From the NCBI GenBank assembly GCA_963801825.1, contig CAWDGI010000002.1, forward strand, positions 85,155 through 149,154: 64,000 nt of DNA, in the 5' to 3' direction. The stretch comes from Parachlamydiales bacterium (GTDB lineage Bacteria; Chlamydiota; Chlamydiia; Chlamydiales; Parachlamydiaceae). Positions 48,407 through 58,737 of the stretch are shown in pieces (within the stretch, counting starts at the first letter, position 1; the number at the start of each line of letters is the position of its first letter). Made by a program: the position numbers and the translations under genes. The notes beneath the pieces are model-generated. The model was given only the letters and a program-made list of their open reading frames with translations. It searched no databases and had not been told where the DNA came from.

Positions 48407-49150
48407 ATGGAGAGGGAGAGGGAGAAGGAGAAGGAGAGAACGGAGGGAGGAGAGAGAGAGAAGGACTTCTTACTAGAAGCGAGGGGAATTTATAAGTCTT
48501 ATTCCCACCCCATGCGAGTTGAGATCTTAAAAGGGATCGATTTGCACATCCGAGCGGGAGAATCAATTGCCATCGTCGGCCGCTCAGGAGAAGGGAAAAG
48601 CACCCTTTTGCAGATTCTAGGCACCTTGGAGGAGTCTTGCCAAGGCTCTCTCACGATCCAGGGAGAGCGGGTAACGGCGGCAAATCGCACGCGGATGCGT
48701 AATGAAGAGATTGGTTTTGTCTTCCAATCTTTTTATCTTTTAGAGGACTACACCGCTCTGGAGAATGTCCTGATGCCGGCTCGAATCGCGCGGAAATCAA
48801 TTGCCTCCGGCAGCCCCGCAGAAAAACGGGGGCGTGCGTTACTGGAGCAAGTGGGATTGAAAGAGCGGATGCATTTTCCCATTTCTCTTCTTTCAGGAGG
48901 AGAAAAACAACGGGTGGCGCTAGCGCGGGCGATGTGCAATGATCCTTGTTTGATTTTGGCCGATGAGCCTTCCGGTAATCTGGATAGTCAGACAGCCCAA
49001 GTGATTCATGAGATGTTGTTGGGGTTTGCTTCCAACCCAAAAAAGGGCTTACTGCTGGTGACCCATGATGATAAGCTGGCGGGGCTCTGCACACATCGGT
49101 ATGAGCTGCGTCAGGGGAGGCTACTTGCTAATTTCACGCTGTCTTCTTAA
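48407..49150 (+). CDS. lolD: ABC transporter ATP-binding protein (LolD-like) with an N-terminal ERE/KEK low-complexity extension
   Basis: [11 protein letters not shown]alker [16 protein letters not shown] signature. [12 protein letters not shown]alker B. The first ~20 codons are a GA-rich microsatellite-like stretch. Confidence 0.8.
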   Translation: MEREREKEKERTEGGEREKDFLLEARGIYKSYSHPMRVEILKGIDLHIRAGESIAIVGRSGEGKSTLLQILGTLEESCQGSLTIQGERVTAANRTRMRNEEIGFVFQSFYLLEDYTALENVLMPARIARKSIASGSPAEKRGRALLEQVGLKERMHFPISLLSGGEKQRVALARAMCNDPCLILADEPSGNLDSQTAQVIHEMLLGFASNPKKGLLLVTHDDKLAGLCTHRYELRQGRLLANFTLSS

Positions 49151-49399
49151 AGAAAAAGCCAACATCAAGCTATTATCAGAAGAAGTGACTCCAATCACAT
49201 CATTTTTATAATCTTGAACATATATTTTAAAATTCTTTGACTGTTCTTCTGGAAAATATCCATCGATCAGACCTTTAATTGCATCAGCAATCATTCTTAA
49301 AGCTTCTTTCCTTGTATATCCCTGCGTACACACATCTACAGCAGGAACTTCTACAAGCCAAAATTTCCCATCTTTCCAAATTTTACCTTCTAATTCCAT
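49121..49399 (-). CDS. HicB-family (UPF0150) antitoxin-like protein, orphan
   Basis: MELEGKIWKDGKFWLVEVPAVDVCTQGYTRKEALRMIADAIKGLIDGY fits the HicB N-domain pattern. The 3' end overlaps lolD by 30 nt. No HicA-sized ORF adjacent. Confidence 0.55.
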   Translation of the reverse strand: MELEGKIWKDGKFWLVEVPAVDVCTQGYTRKEALRMIADAIKGLIDGYFPEEQSKNFKIYVQDYKNDVIGVTSSDNSLMLAFSLRRQREISK

Positions 49400-49413
49400 G
49401 CCCCCTCCTTAGT

Positions 49414-50196
49414 TTAGCAACTGCTTAACTGAAACTTCGGCACACGCTGGTAACACCGCGCTATTGCAGCAATCACTCCTGTTTCTTGATTGGCTTTCTC
49501 AATAATATAGCTTCTCGCGCGATGATATAAATAGAAAAGAGCCGGCATGATAAAGATCTCAAACGCAATCGATTGAATGATTAAAGCTAAAAAAGGAATG
49601 TTGCGATAAGGGAGGAGTAGACCAATGCAATCACATAGCTGGTAGGCTAAAGACAAACTAAACGCATTGATGACGACAACTTTCATATCCTCCCAAAACC
49701 GATGTCGACAAACCTCTACCCAAGAGGCCTGTGGAAGGCAGGAGGAGTGCACCTGTTCGTAAGAACGGACGCGAAAAACACGGGAAAACAGGCCATCAAA
49801 TTTTTGAAAACAGTCTGCCTGCAGTTGGATGCCTCTGTGGTAGACAGATCGTACTTGCTGAAAGATCCCTCCTTTCTGAGTCGCCCCCTCTTGCGTCTTC
49901 TGGTTATCCTGATTCTCCCCTTCTTTTAGCCAACTCATCAGATAGCGATTAAAAAAGTGTCCCAATAGGTAAAAGCATTGCTTGATGTAATAAGCCACTT
50001 CAAAACAAATCGCATAAGGAAGAGGGGCCAGCCCCTTTTGAGGGCTAAGTATTTGCCCGATCCCTCCATACCCTGCCCCAATCAGGGCCGCTGTGAAGGG
50101 ATAAGGGGCCAAACTAAAGCAAAAATCGGGGGTGGGGATACAGTCGCTTAATTTCAGGGAAGTTAAATATTTCCAACCGGATTCTAATGTAATCAT
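49414..50196 (-). CDS. hypothetical polytopic membrane protein
   Basis: 260 aa with several hydrophobic segments. Confidence 0.4.
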   Translation of the reverse strand: MITLESGWKYLTSLKLSDCIPTPDFCFSLAPYPFTAALIGAGYGGIGQILSPQKGLAPLPYAICFEVAYYIKQCFYLLGHFFNRYLMSWLKEGENQDNQKTQEGATQKGGIFQQVRSVYHRGIQLQADCFQKFDGLFSRVFRVRSYEQVHSSCLPQASWVEVCRHRFWEDMKVVVINAFSLSLAYQLCDCIGLLLPYRNIPFLALIIQSIAFEIFIMPALFYLYHRARSYIIEKANQETGVIAAIARCYQRVPKFQLSSC

Positions 50197-50318
50197 CTTA
50201 AGTTTTATTGAGTTAGTTTATTAAGTGAGGACCGGACTCAAAGAAGCCGAAGGAGAGGAAGCTAGGTTTGGATCTGAGACGTGTGGAGGTTTAGATGTCT
50301 TAACAAATGGTCAAGCTT

Positions 50319-51014
50319 TTACCGAAGAAACCCAAAGCAATGAGTCCTAAACGGCGCGATCGTAAGCCAACGATCCTCTAGAGGAATGAACCCCACAACT
50401 TCACAAATAGCAAGAGATTTCATACACGTAAATGTATGTAAACCAAAAGTTTCTTCCACAAATTCAATACAAGCCTGCCGGAAAATCTCGAGAGAACTTA
50501 AAGCGGCTTGCTCAATTTTCTGGGCTTGTATTTCTTCTAAAGTATGAATCCCAAACAGCCTAGAAAATTTTTGATCGACTTTCTTGTGGGTCTCTTCTAA
50601 ATAAAAAATCACTTTCCAACTATATTTACGCAAACAATCTAATTTTGTGATCGTTTCTATAGAATCAATTGTCGGAGGTCGCTCTCCTAAAAATCTCCAC
50701 GCAATTAAAGAGACCAGTCGTGCAGTCTGCCAAACAAAAATCGTCAGAAATCCATTGAATAAATAAGGAGAAAAACTTAAGGCCGCTTTGGGAACCTCCC
50801 CCAAAAGTTTGGGAAAAACATGTTTGAGACCTAAATGAATGACATATGTTCCAACCTTAATGGCATACCTGCAAACTCCGACTCCGACTCCCCATAGCAA
50901 CGTCCGCACAACCACTTCTCCCACATTTTGGGGAGGCCTAGCAAAGAAATTTTCCCCTACAGGAGGAGAGACTGACTCGGGAGAAGGAGTGAGGGGGGGA
51001 GCGTCACTGAGCAT
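50319..51014 (-). CDS. hypothetical membrane protein (two transmembrane segments, P/S-rich N-terminus)
   Basis: 231-aa ORF with an AT-rich promoter region upstream. Confidence 0.4.
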   Translation of the reverse strand: MLSDAPPLTPSPESVSPPVGENFFARPPQNVGEVVVRTLLWGVGVGVCRYAIKVGTYVIHLGLKHVFPKLLGEVPKAALSFSPYLFNGFLTIFVWQTARLVSLIAWRFLGERPPTIDSIETITKLDCLRKYSWKVIFYLEETHKKVDQKFSRLFGIHTLEEIQAQKIEQAALSSLEIFRQACIEFVEETFGLHTFTCMKSLAICEVVGFIPLEDRWLTIAPFRTHCFGFLR

Positions 51015-51187
51015 ACGATTCCCTTATGCTTACTTATTAAACATATCTAATTCTATTCCTGTTCTTTAATTGTGTCAATAAACAAAGCTTTTTTAAAAAA
51101 ACAAAAAAATTTGTTGACGGATCGATAAAATGTTTATAAAAAAATTTAAATGGACTACTCTAAGAAAAAATGAGGGATGAATTCAAA

Positions 51188-52333
51188 ATGAAATTTGCCA
51201 CCAAAGCCATCCATGCAGGATGGGAGCCCGATCCCGAAACAGGGGCCCTCATGCCCCCCATCTATATGACCTCCACCTTTGTCCTAGAATCGCCCGGACA
51301 CAGCCACGGCTTTGAATATACACGAGCCAATAATCCCAATTTCGTCATCTTAGAGAAAACATTAGCTGCTTTAGAAGAGGCCGCTCATGCCACCGTTTTC
51401 TCCTCGGGCATTGGCGCCCTCATGGCCATGATTTCCACCCTTGCGCAAGGCGATAAAGTGGTCGCTTTAAACGGAATGTACGGAGGCTCCTATCGCCTCT
51501 TTACTCAAATCATGCAGCGATTTGGGATCGAATTTATCAACCTTTTATCTACAACCCGAGAAGAGATCGAACAAGCCCTCCGTTTAAAACCCAAATGGCT
51601 CCTGTTTGAAACCCCCACGAACCCCCTCCTCAATCTTTTTGACATCGAAGAGCTCTCTCAAATGGCGAAACAACAGGGAGTGTTGACCGTTGTCGACAAT
51701 ACATTCGCTTCCCCCTATTGCCAAACCCCTTTCCAATGGGGAGCCGATATCGTGTGGCATAGCACAACGAAATACATCAGCGGCCACTCAGATGTCCTCG
51801 GAGGAGTCGTCCTCACCCAAGATCCCCAATTTAAAGAGAAACTGGATTTTGCCCGTAAAACGTTAGGAAATAACCCCAGCCCGTTTGATTGCTGGCTCAT
51901 CACCCGAGGGGTCAAAACCCTCGCCCTACGAATGGAACAACACCAGAAAAATGCATTAGCCATCGCCCTCTTTCTCAAAGGACACCCAAAAGTTAAAGAA
52001 GTCTATCATCCCGGATTAGTTCACCATCCTCAACATCTCCTAGCAAAAAAGCAAATGAGAGCCTTTAGCGGCATGCTCTCCGCAGACTTTCATCTTTCTC
52101 AAGAGAAAATCCTCCCCCTTCTCTCCTCCTTCCGCTTCTTGAAACTTGCGGAAAGCTTAGGAGGAGTAGAATCATTAGTGGCTCATCCCATCACCATGAC
52201 ACATGCCATTATCCCCAAAGAAGAGCGTCAACACTTAGGATTGCATGAAGGACTCGTCCGCTTCTCCTTGGGAATTGAAGCCACAGAAGATCTCCTAGAA
52301 GATTTTGACGAAACACTCGCAAAAATAGGTTGA
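51188..52333 (+). CDS. PLP-dependent Cys/Met-metabolism enzyme (cystathionine beta-lyase / gamma-synthase family)
   Basis: AIHAG…PIYMTSTF…STTKYISGHSD (the PLP lysine in TKY). 382 aa. Confidence 0.75.
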   Translation: MKFATKAIHAGWEPDPETGALMPPIYMTSTFVLESPGHSHGFEYTRANNPNFVILEKTLAALEEAAHATVFSSGIGALMAMISTLAQGDKVVALNGMYGGSYRLFTQIMQRFGIEFINLLSTTREEIEQALRLKPKWLLFETPTNPLLNLFDIEELSQMAKQQGVLTVVDNTFASPYCQTPFQWGADIVWHSTTKYISGHSDVLGGVVLTQDPQFKEKLDFARKTLGNNPSPFDCWLITRGVKTLALRMEQHQKNALAIALFLKGHPKVKEVYHPGLVHHPQHLLAKKQMRAFSGMLSADFHLSQEKILPLLSSFRFLKLAESLGGVESLVAHPITMTHAIIPKEERQHLGLHEGLVRFSLGIEATEDLLEDFDETLAKIG

Positions 52334-52390
52334 TTAAAACAGACCTGCCCGTTCATAATAGAGGCAAAAATTTAACAGTTTTTCCCTTTT

Positions 52391-53581
52391 ATGAAGACGC
52401 ATTTTTTTGATCAGCTGACTCAACAACTCGAAGAGTTAAAGGCCCAAGGGCTTTATAAACAAGAGCGAGAAATCGCCTCCCCGCAAGATGCAGAAATTAC
52501 TCTTGCAGGAGGACGCAAGGTCCTAAATTTTTGCTCCAACAATTACTTAGGCCTGGCCGACCATCCTGAAATCATCGAAGCGGCAATTGAGACCTATTCT
52601 CCCTACGGCTATGGCCTTTCATCTGTTCGGTTTATTTGTGGCACGCAAACAGTCCATAAACAGCTGGAAAGGCGCCTCTCCCAATTTTTGGGCACAGAAG
52701 AGACAATCCTTTATTGCTCTTGCTTTGATGCCAATGGAGGGCTCTTCGAACCGATTCTAGGAGCCGAAGATGCCATCATCAGCGATGCTCTTAATCATGC
52801 GAGCATTATCGACGGCGTTCGCTTATGTAAAGCCAAGCGTTTTCGCTACGAACACAACGACATGGCCAGCCTGGAGGCGCAACTTAAAGAAGCAAAAGAG
52901 GCTCGCTTCCGCCTCATTGCCACAGACGGAGTCTTTTCCATGGATGGGACCATTGCCAATCTCCCTGCCATTTGTGATTTAGCCGACCGCTACCAGGCTC
53001 TCGTCATGGTAGATGACTGCCATGCCGTCGGCTTTTTAGGGGCGCAAGGGAGAGGAACCCCCGAATACTGCAATGTGATGGGACGGATCGATATCCTCAC
53101 AGGGACCTTAGGAAAAGCCCTCGGAGGGGCTCTTGGCGGCTATACTTCAGGCCAAAAACCGTTGATCGATTGGCTTCGCCAACGCTCCCGCCCCTATTTA
53201 TTTTCTAATACACTAGCGCCAAGTATTGCAGGAGCGACCCTGAAGGTGTTAGATCTCGTTGAACAATCGAATGATCGACGAGAGCAGTTGCAAGCTAATA
53301 GCCGTTATTTCAGAGAGCAAATGGAGAAATTAGGCTTTAAGCTCACTCCCGGGAATCACCCCATTATTCCCCTCATGCTGGGAGAAGCAAAACTCGCTCA
53401 AGATTTCGCAGCAAAGATGCTAGAAGAAGGAGTCTACGTCGTGGGATTTTCTTACCCCGTTGTTCCGCAAGGCCAAGCGCGCATTCGCACACAAATGTGT
53501 GCGAATCACACGGAAGCGGAGCTGGACCAAGCCATCAAAGCCTTCGCAAAAGTGGGACGCGCCCTTAAGGTGATCTCATGA
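52391..53581 (+). CDS. kbl: glycine C-acetyltransferase (2-amino-3-ketobutyrate CoA ligase)
   Basis: [14 protein letters not shown]…SMDG (PLP lysine region). Forms a conserved kbl-tdh pair with the next gene. Confidence 0.85.
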   Translation: MKTHFFDQLTQQLEELKAQGLYKQEREIASPQDAEITLAGGRKVLNFCSNNYLGLADHPEIIEAAIETYSPYGYGLSSVRFICGTQTVHKQLERRLSQFLGTEETILYCSCFDANGGLFEPILGAEDAIISDALNHASIIDGVRLCKAKRFRYEHNDMASLEAQLKEAKEARFRLIATDGVFSMDGTIANLPAICDLADRYQALVMVDDCHAVGFLGAQGRGTPEYCNVMGRIDILTGTLGKALGGALGGYTSGQKPLIDWLRQRSRPYLFSNTLAPSIAGATLKVLDLVEQSNDRREQLQANSRYFREQMEKLGFKLTPGNHPIIPLMLGEAKLAQDFAAKMLEEGVYVVGFSYPVVPQGQARIRTQMCANHTEAELDQAIKAFAKVGRALKVIS

Positions 53582-54603
53582 GAGGCATTATCAAGAAAGA
53601 GCGAACGGAAGGACTCCGGATGGAAGAGGTCCCCGTTCCCGACATCGGCGAAGAAGAGGTCTTAATTAAAACACGGAAAACCTCGATTTGCGGCACAGAT
53701 CTTCATATTTACAAATGGGATGCATGGGCTCAAAAGACGATTCCGATTCCAATGGTCATTGGGCATGAGTTCATGGGAGAGATTGCCCAAGTCGGCAAAC
53801 AGGTGAAAAACCTTAAAATCGGCGAACGGGTCTGTGGAGAAGGGCATTTCGTATGCGGGAAGTGTCCAAATTGTAAAAAAGGGTTAAAGCATCTCTGCAT
53901 GCATACCTTAGGGTTAGGGGTCAATCGGCCCGGTTGCTTTTCCGATTATTTTGTTTTACCCGCAGAGAATGTATTTATTTTGCCTCCCGCTATTTCCGAT
54001 GAGCAAGGAGCCATTTTCGACCCTTATGGGAACGCGGTTCACACCGCTCTTTCTTTTGACTTGGTCGGAGAAGATGTATTAATTACGGGAGCCGGCCCAA
54101 TCGGGATCATGGCTGCCGCCGTTGCTCGAAAGGCGGGAGCGCGCTATGTTGTCATCACAGATCGGAATGATTATCGGTTGGACTTAGCAAAAAAGATGGG
54201 GGCAACGCACACCATTAATATCAAAAAAGATTCTCTAGACCTCCTCCTAGATGAGCTCCACCTCTCATTTGGGTTTACAGTTGGATTAGAGATGTCGGGA
54301 CATCCCAATGGATTATCCACCCTGCTAGAAAAAGTGCAACATGGGGGAAAGATTGCTTTATTGGGAATTCTCCCTCCGGGAACAGCCATTGACTGGGATT
54401 TAGTCATTTTTAAAATGCTCACCCTTAAGGGAATTTATGGGCGAGAGATCTTCTCTACCTGGTATAAAATGGTGCACTTAATCGAAAGTGGCCTCAATTT
54501 AGCGCCGGTGATTACCCATTACTTCCCCGTAGAAGAGTTTCAAAAAGGATTTGATATCATGCTATCGGGACAATCGGGGAAAGTTATCTTAGATTGGACT
54601 TAA
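53578..54603 (+). CDS. tdh: L-threonine 3-dehydrogenase (zinc MDR)
   Basis: ICGTDLHIY…GHEFMGE…[10 protein letters not shown] zinc-binding motifs. Collinear with E. coli Tdh. Confidence 0.85.
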   Translation: MRGIIKKERTEGLRMEEVPVPDIGEEEVLIKTRKTSICGTDLHIYKWDAWAQKTIPIPMVIGHEFMGEIAQVGKQVKNLKIGERVCGEGHFVCGKCPNCKKGLKHLCMHTLGLGVNRPGCFSDYFVLPAENVFILPPAISDEQGAIFDPYGNAVHTALSFDLVGEDVLITGAGPIGIMAAAVARKAGARYVVITDRNDYRLDLAKKMGATHTINIKKDSLDLLLDELHLSFGFTVGLEMSGHPNGLSTLLEKVQHGGKIALLGILPPGTAIDWDLVIFKMLTLKGIYGREIFSTWYKMVHLIESGLNLAPVITHYFPVEEFQKGFDIMLSGQSGKVILDWT

Positions 54604-54999
54604 AAATTATCTTTTTGCGATAAGCGGCTTTAAGCCAGGACGTTTTCATTAAAAAGATTTGACAATGTTTAGTGTAAGATACAAGCATATATCTTCAATG
54701 ATTGGAGGTACCTACGTCTCGTCGCAAAAAAATCGATCCAAGTATTTTGTTCCAACTCAGTTTTTACTCGGAACCGACCACAGGAGTCGAACTTGGTAGA
54801 CTCAAGGATCGATGACGTATAGCCTGAAAGTGTGCTGCAAGCACCCCAAACACGTTTGTAGAAATTTACCCATAGAAGAGAAATACCTATCCTAACTATT
54901 GACTTAAATGAGTCGATATGATTTAATTGAGTCGATAGAGTAATAGCGAATCGAATCAATCGAATCACTATCGAATCAGATGTGGAGAATACTAACTAT

Positions 55000-56355
55000 A
55001 TGTTATTTACAGAAAAAGAATCGTCAACATTAGAATTCAAACAAGAACTACCTAAAAACAATCAAATTGTGAAAACAATAATTGGTTTTGCTAACCAATT
55101 CGGTGGAAGGCTCATCATAGGAGTAGCTGATAATGGATTGATTGTTGGCATTGATCCAAATACTGTAGATGAACTTACCGAATCCCTATTTAAATTAGTA
55201 TATGACAATTCTGTGCCTCCCATCCTCCCTTCCATTTACTCCCTGAGATTTGAAGATAAACTTGTTCTAGTAATTGAAGTTTCCCAAGGTATGACTAAAC
55301 CTTATTTTGTAAAGTCTGATGGACTCACTAATGGAACGTACATTCGATTAGGGTCAATAACGGTAAAAGCTACAGCAGAAATTATAAATGAATTGCAACA
55401 ACAGAGCCGTGGCATCAGTTACGACATCCTTCCTGTATATAATGCCTCACTCAACGATCTTGATTTTCACAGTATTGAGGCTTTTTTAAAATCCAGGAAA
55501 GGGGGTGCGCAAAGCTGCGAAACAACTAAAGAATTATTGAGATCGTACCATCTTATAACTGACGAACATGCCAGATCCTATCCTACTGTGGCAGGAATTT
55601 TACTATTTGGAAAGCAGCCGCAACAAATCCTTCCACAAGCATTTACAATCTGTACTCAATTCTCAGGGCATATTGGCCGAGAAGGGATTATCGCCGGCAA
55701 AGATTGTGAAGGAACTCTTTTTCAACAATTTGAAATTGCTTACGCATGGCTGTGGGATACTTTAAGCAAAAGTTCTGTCATTAAAGGACTGAAACGCAAA
55801 GACACTTTAGAAATCCCCGGAGAGGCTATACGAGAGGCTTTATTAAATTCACTCCTTCACCGCAACTGGCGAATTCAAGGCCCAAACCGAATATCCGTTT
55901 ATCCAACAAGAGTTGAATTTTTCAGCCCCGGTGTCTTTCCAGGGCCCCTTCGAATTGGTCAACTTGAATTAGGAATGACTCATAGCAGAAATCACGCAAT
56001 TACAAAAATATTTCGCGAAGCTGGCTATATTGAAACCCTCGGATCCGGTTTCCCCACAATTTTTAATACTTTTCGAAAAGCAGGTCTAGAAAAACCACAA
56101 GTAATGGAAGGGGTAGAGTTTGTTAAATGCATTCTCCCACGAAGCGCAGTGGGCGACACAGGGAATCGTACGCATGACATAATCTTGAGCCTATTTGCCG
56201 CCAAAGATATCATAACCAAACGAGAGGTGATACAAGCGGCAAACATCTCATCTGCAACCGCTACGAGACTTCTAACACAATTAACCAAAGATAAAAAATT
56301 ACAGCGACACGGGGCCGGCCCCAAAACATATTACACCGCTTTATCAGGTGGATGA
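55000..56355 (+). CDS. AlbA_2 (Schlafen-like) plus RecG-C/HATPase_c_4-like transcriptional regulator
   Basis: N-terminal …STLEFKQELPKNNQIVKTIIGFANQFGGRLIIGV (AlbA_2). C-terminal LLHRNW…VYPTRVEFFSPG…GSGFPTIF, then a winged HTH. Probable ATG at 55000 with a GGAG ribosome-binding site. The ORF track's GTG start at 54982 is less likely. Confidence 0.65.
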   Translation: MLFTEKESSTLEFKQELPKNNQIVKTIIGFANQFGGRLIIGVADNGLIVGIDPNTVDELTESLFKLVYDNSVPPILPSIYSLRFEDKLVLVIEVSQGMTKPYFVKSDGLTNGTYIRLGSITVKATAEIINELQQQSRGISYDILPVYNASLNDLDFHSIEAFLKSRKGGAQSCETTKELLRSYHLITDEHARSYPTVAGILLFGKQPQQILPQAFTICTQFSGHIGREGIIAGKDCEGTLFQQFEIAYAWLWDTLSKSSVIKGLKRKDTLEIPGEAIREALLNSLLHRNWRIQGPNRISVYPTRVEFFSPGVFPGPLRIGQLELGMTHSRNHAITKIFREAGYIETLGSGFPTIFNTFRKAGLEKPQVMEGVEFVKCILPRSAVGDTGNRTHDIILSLFAAKDIITKREVIQAANISSATATRLLTQLTKDKKLQRHGAGPKTYYTALSGG

Positions 56356-56524
56356 GCGTCCCCTCAATTCTTTGAAATCCTTTAGGCTACTTGTTGTTTT
56401 TCATTAATTTCTTCGCCATCCTTAAATTTGACTCCTCGGATAACTTTTTCTATTAATTCATGTCCTTTTTTCACAAAAATTTGTCTTTGTCAAATTTTTA
56501 TTTTATTTCGAATTGCTGTTCTTT

Positions 56525-56774
56525 GCACCGGGTGTAATTAAATCCGGGAGTTTACATTTCAGCGTTTAGGATATCAGGTTAACCGCGAAGGCCGCGAAGC
56601 TAGCGAAGAAAACGCGAAGCGCGAAGAAGGCTTTATAGACTATAGAAAAATCTTCGCGTTTTTCTTCGCTTGCTTCGCGGCCTTCGCGGTTAACCCTTAA
56701 GTCTAAAGCTTAACTGTGTATTAACCCTATCAGTTATTTGTAAACTCCCAGATTTAATTACACCCCTTTGCACC
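56525..56774. repeat. element E: nested palindromic repeat, outer 32-bp inverted repeats around an inner GCGAAG-rich 120-bp hairpin
   Basis: Outer arms GCACCGGGTGTAATTAAATCCGGGAGTTTACA and TGTAAACTCCCAGATTTAATTACACCCCTTTGCACC. Inner hairpin ggttaaccgcgaaggccgcgaag…cttcgcggccttcgcggttaacc. Confidence 0.75.
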
Positions 56775-56877
56775 CCCTTGCTTGATAAAATTATTAAAAA
56801 GATTTATAACCTTGGATAGAGGGGCATTGCGTATGAGCGATAGCCTCTCTTCTTCACGTTTAACAAGGAGGTAGATT

Positions 56878-57297
56878 ATGAATAATACAACGAGTGCAAC
56901 AGGCAATATTCTGACAACCTTTACGAGTCCAGACAGTAGTAAACGGATCGATGAATTGAAAAAATTGGCCTCAAAACCGGATACAGATTTTACAGTATCA
57001 TCGCCCAAAACGCAGAGGAATATATTCCACAAAACGAGTACGGAGCATGCTATTCATCGCCTTACAGCTGTGAGGACTGGACTTAGCGAATTAACAACCT
57101 CAAATCCAACAGTAGAGGCGGTTTCCTCTCCCAACTGTTTGACTATACACCCCCCAAAAAGGGTAGGCAAAATTGCACACAACATGCTGTGGTCCAAAAG
57201 ATTGCGTTTTATGCGCCCAAATTTAGTCCAAACTCCAGTTAAAATGTACAAAGTCGAGATCATAGACCGCAAGGTGAAGTGTGCAGAAGTTAATTAA
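56878..57297 (+). CDS. hypothetical S/T-rich protein; the 3' end runs into a fragment of element A
   Basis: 139-aa ORF. The terminal …KMYKVEII is encoded by aaatgtacaaagtcgag (repeat fragment 57237-57255). Confidence 0.35.
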   Translation: MNNTTSATGNILTTFTSPDSSKRIDELKKLASKPDTDFTVSSPKTQRNIFHKTSTEHAIHRLTAVRTGLSELTTSNPTVEAVSSPNCLTIHPPKRVGKIAHNMLWSKRLRFMRPNLVQTPVKMYKVEIIDRKVKCAEVN

Positions 57298-57439
57298 CCG
57301 AATTTTTAATTGATCCACCGTGCACCACTGCACCATATATCAACAAGTCTAATTTAAATTAAATGGATAGGCACAAATATCACCCCTTCCTTTCAGTAAA
57401 AGATTAAATCAATCTAGATAGTCGAGGTATACATAATGA

Positions 57440-58684
57440 CTAAAGCTCTCCATACTTTTCACACTCTTTACCAACAATAAAAAAATGAAATTTTTGTTCT
57501 TCCCAGAAGTATCGAACGGGACGTATCACTTTCCATTCACAATTAGATGTTGTTGAAGGCTGGACAATTTTATACCCCTCTCCCTGTTTTTTATTACAAT
57601 CTTTAATCATGTCTTTCTGTAATTCAAAGAGTGTATTAATTTCTTTGTGTATATTCTTGTTCATCTCTAGATTTTTCTCATCGAGAAGCTCTTTTAAAAA
57701 AGTTTCTTGATTCTTTACCCATTGTTCTACCTCTCTTCTTTTCTTATGTACATGCTGTAACAAATATTCTATTCTTTCATCTGAGAATAAATTAACGAAG
57801 TCCTTGGGTAATGTACCTTTACGTATATTAAACATATCTAAGTCAAAACCGGCGCCCTCTAGAAATTTTTTCTTTATTCTATTTTTTATTTCTGTCACTG
57901 CTTGATGTTCCTGATTTGATGATTTGAGTATCAGGGGTAATAACGATTTTTCGTTGAAGGATAACCTACCTTCTCTAATGACAATGCTGGGAGATTGACC
58001 GCCAGGCGTCGGATTAATAACGAATTCAGGAAATTCTAGAATGAGGGTCTTCTCCTCAAATGGGGTATACTTTGAATGGATGTCGTGGGATTGAAGATCT
58101 CTAACAATCTCATCGATTTTGTGGTAAATATTCTGATAAGACTCGCAGAATCTGTATAGCGCTTCTTCATGTATTTGGTAAGCTTGGGCTATTTTGTCTA
58201 TAAATTCTATTGTATTCCCTTTTATTGTTAATGCTACTTTAAAATTATCTCTAAAAAATGGAGTTTGGTATAAGCTATTCCTCTGGGCTAGAGATAAATC
58301 TCTTGCATATGCTTCAAAATCGCTTCCGGGATTTTTAGGATTCCATGGAACGACTGCGCTTTCAAAGCTATCTATGTGACTTTGCGCAGCAGCAACCGGA
58401 AAAATCTTAAATAAACTTGAAAGGCGAGTATCTAAGAAGTTTAAACTATTGCTAATAATACGGATCAATCCAGAAGAATAATAAATTGTGTTATCAATAC
58501 AAGGACGTAATATTTGTTCTCCTACAATGTAAGCAGGGCTTTTCGGGATAAAGGAGATTGTTCCGTCTGAATGATAGACAATTCTGTTTTTTTCTGAGCT
58601 ATTTGACAAGAAGAATGAATCCATCTGAAAATTTGCTTCTTGGATGGTTCTCGGGGTAATTGTAGCTGATGTCAAATCGTTCAT
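57440..58684 (-). CDS. tandem paralog family member 1 (unknown function, about 415 aa)
   Basis: About 80% identical to the next two genes along its whole length. No recognised domain. Confidence 0.6.
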   Translation of the reverse strand: MNDLTSATITPRTIQEANFQMDSFFLSNSSEKNRIVYHSDGTISFIPKSPAYIVGEQILRPCIDNTIYYSSGLIRIISNSLNFLDTRLSSLFKIFPVAAAQSHIDSFESAVVPWNPKNPGSDFEAYARDLSLAQRNSLYQTPFFRDNFKVALTIKGNTIEFIDKIAQAYQIHEEALYRFCESYQNIYHKIDEIVRDLQSHDIHSKYTPFEEKTLILEFPEFVINPTPGGQSPSIVIREGRLSFNEKSLLPLILKSSNQEHQAVTEIKNRIKKKFLEGAGFDLDMFNIRKGTLPKDFVNLFSDERIEYLLQHVHKKRREVEQWVKNQETFLKELLDEKNLEMNKNIHKEINTLFELQKDMIKDCNKKQGEGYKIVQPSTTSNCEWKVIRPVRYFWEEQKFHFFIVGKECEKYGEL

Positions 58685-58737
58685 AAATCAACCTTTTGAA
58701 AAAAATGAGGGTCAATCTCCGTATTAATGATAAATGA

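Noticed and set aside
48405-48470. CRISPR-like or regular repeat array (GA-rich tract, and the 51-bp kinase repeats at 6340-6490).
   Set aside because: Both are in-frame coding tandem repeats with no repeat-spacer architecture. No CRISPR array is present anywhere in the window.
54700-54830. Possible tRNA or tmRNA in the long non-coding region downstream of tdh (minus-strand GTTCGACTCC T-loop-like motif).
   Set aside because: The flanking bases do not form a T-stem, acceptor stem or tmRNA tag frame (no …AA stop context or CCA end). The string is probably chance or a repeat fragment.
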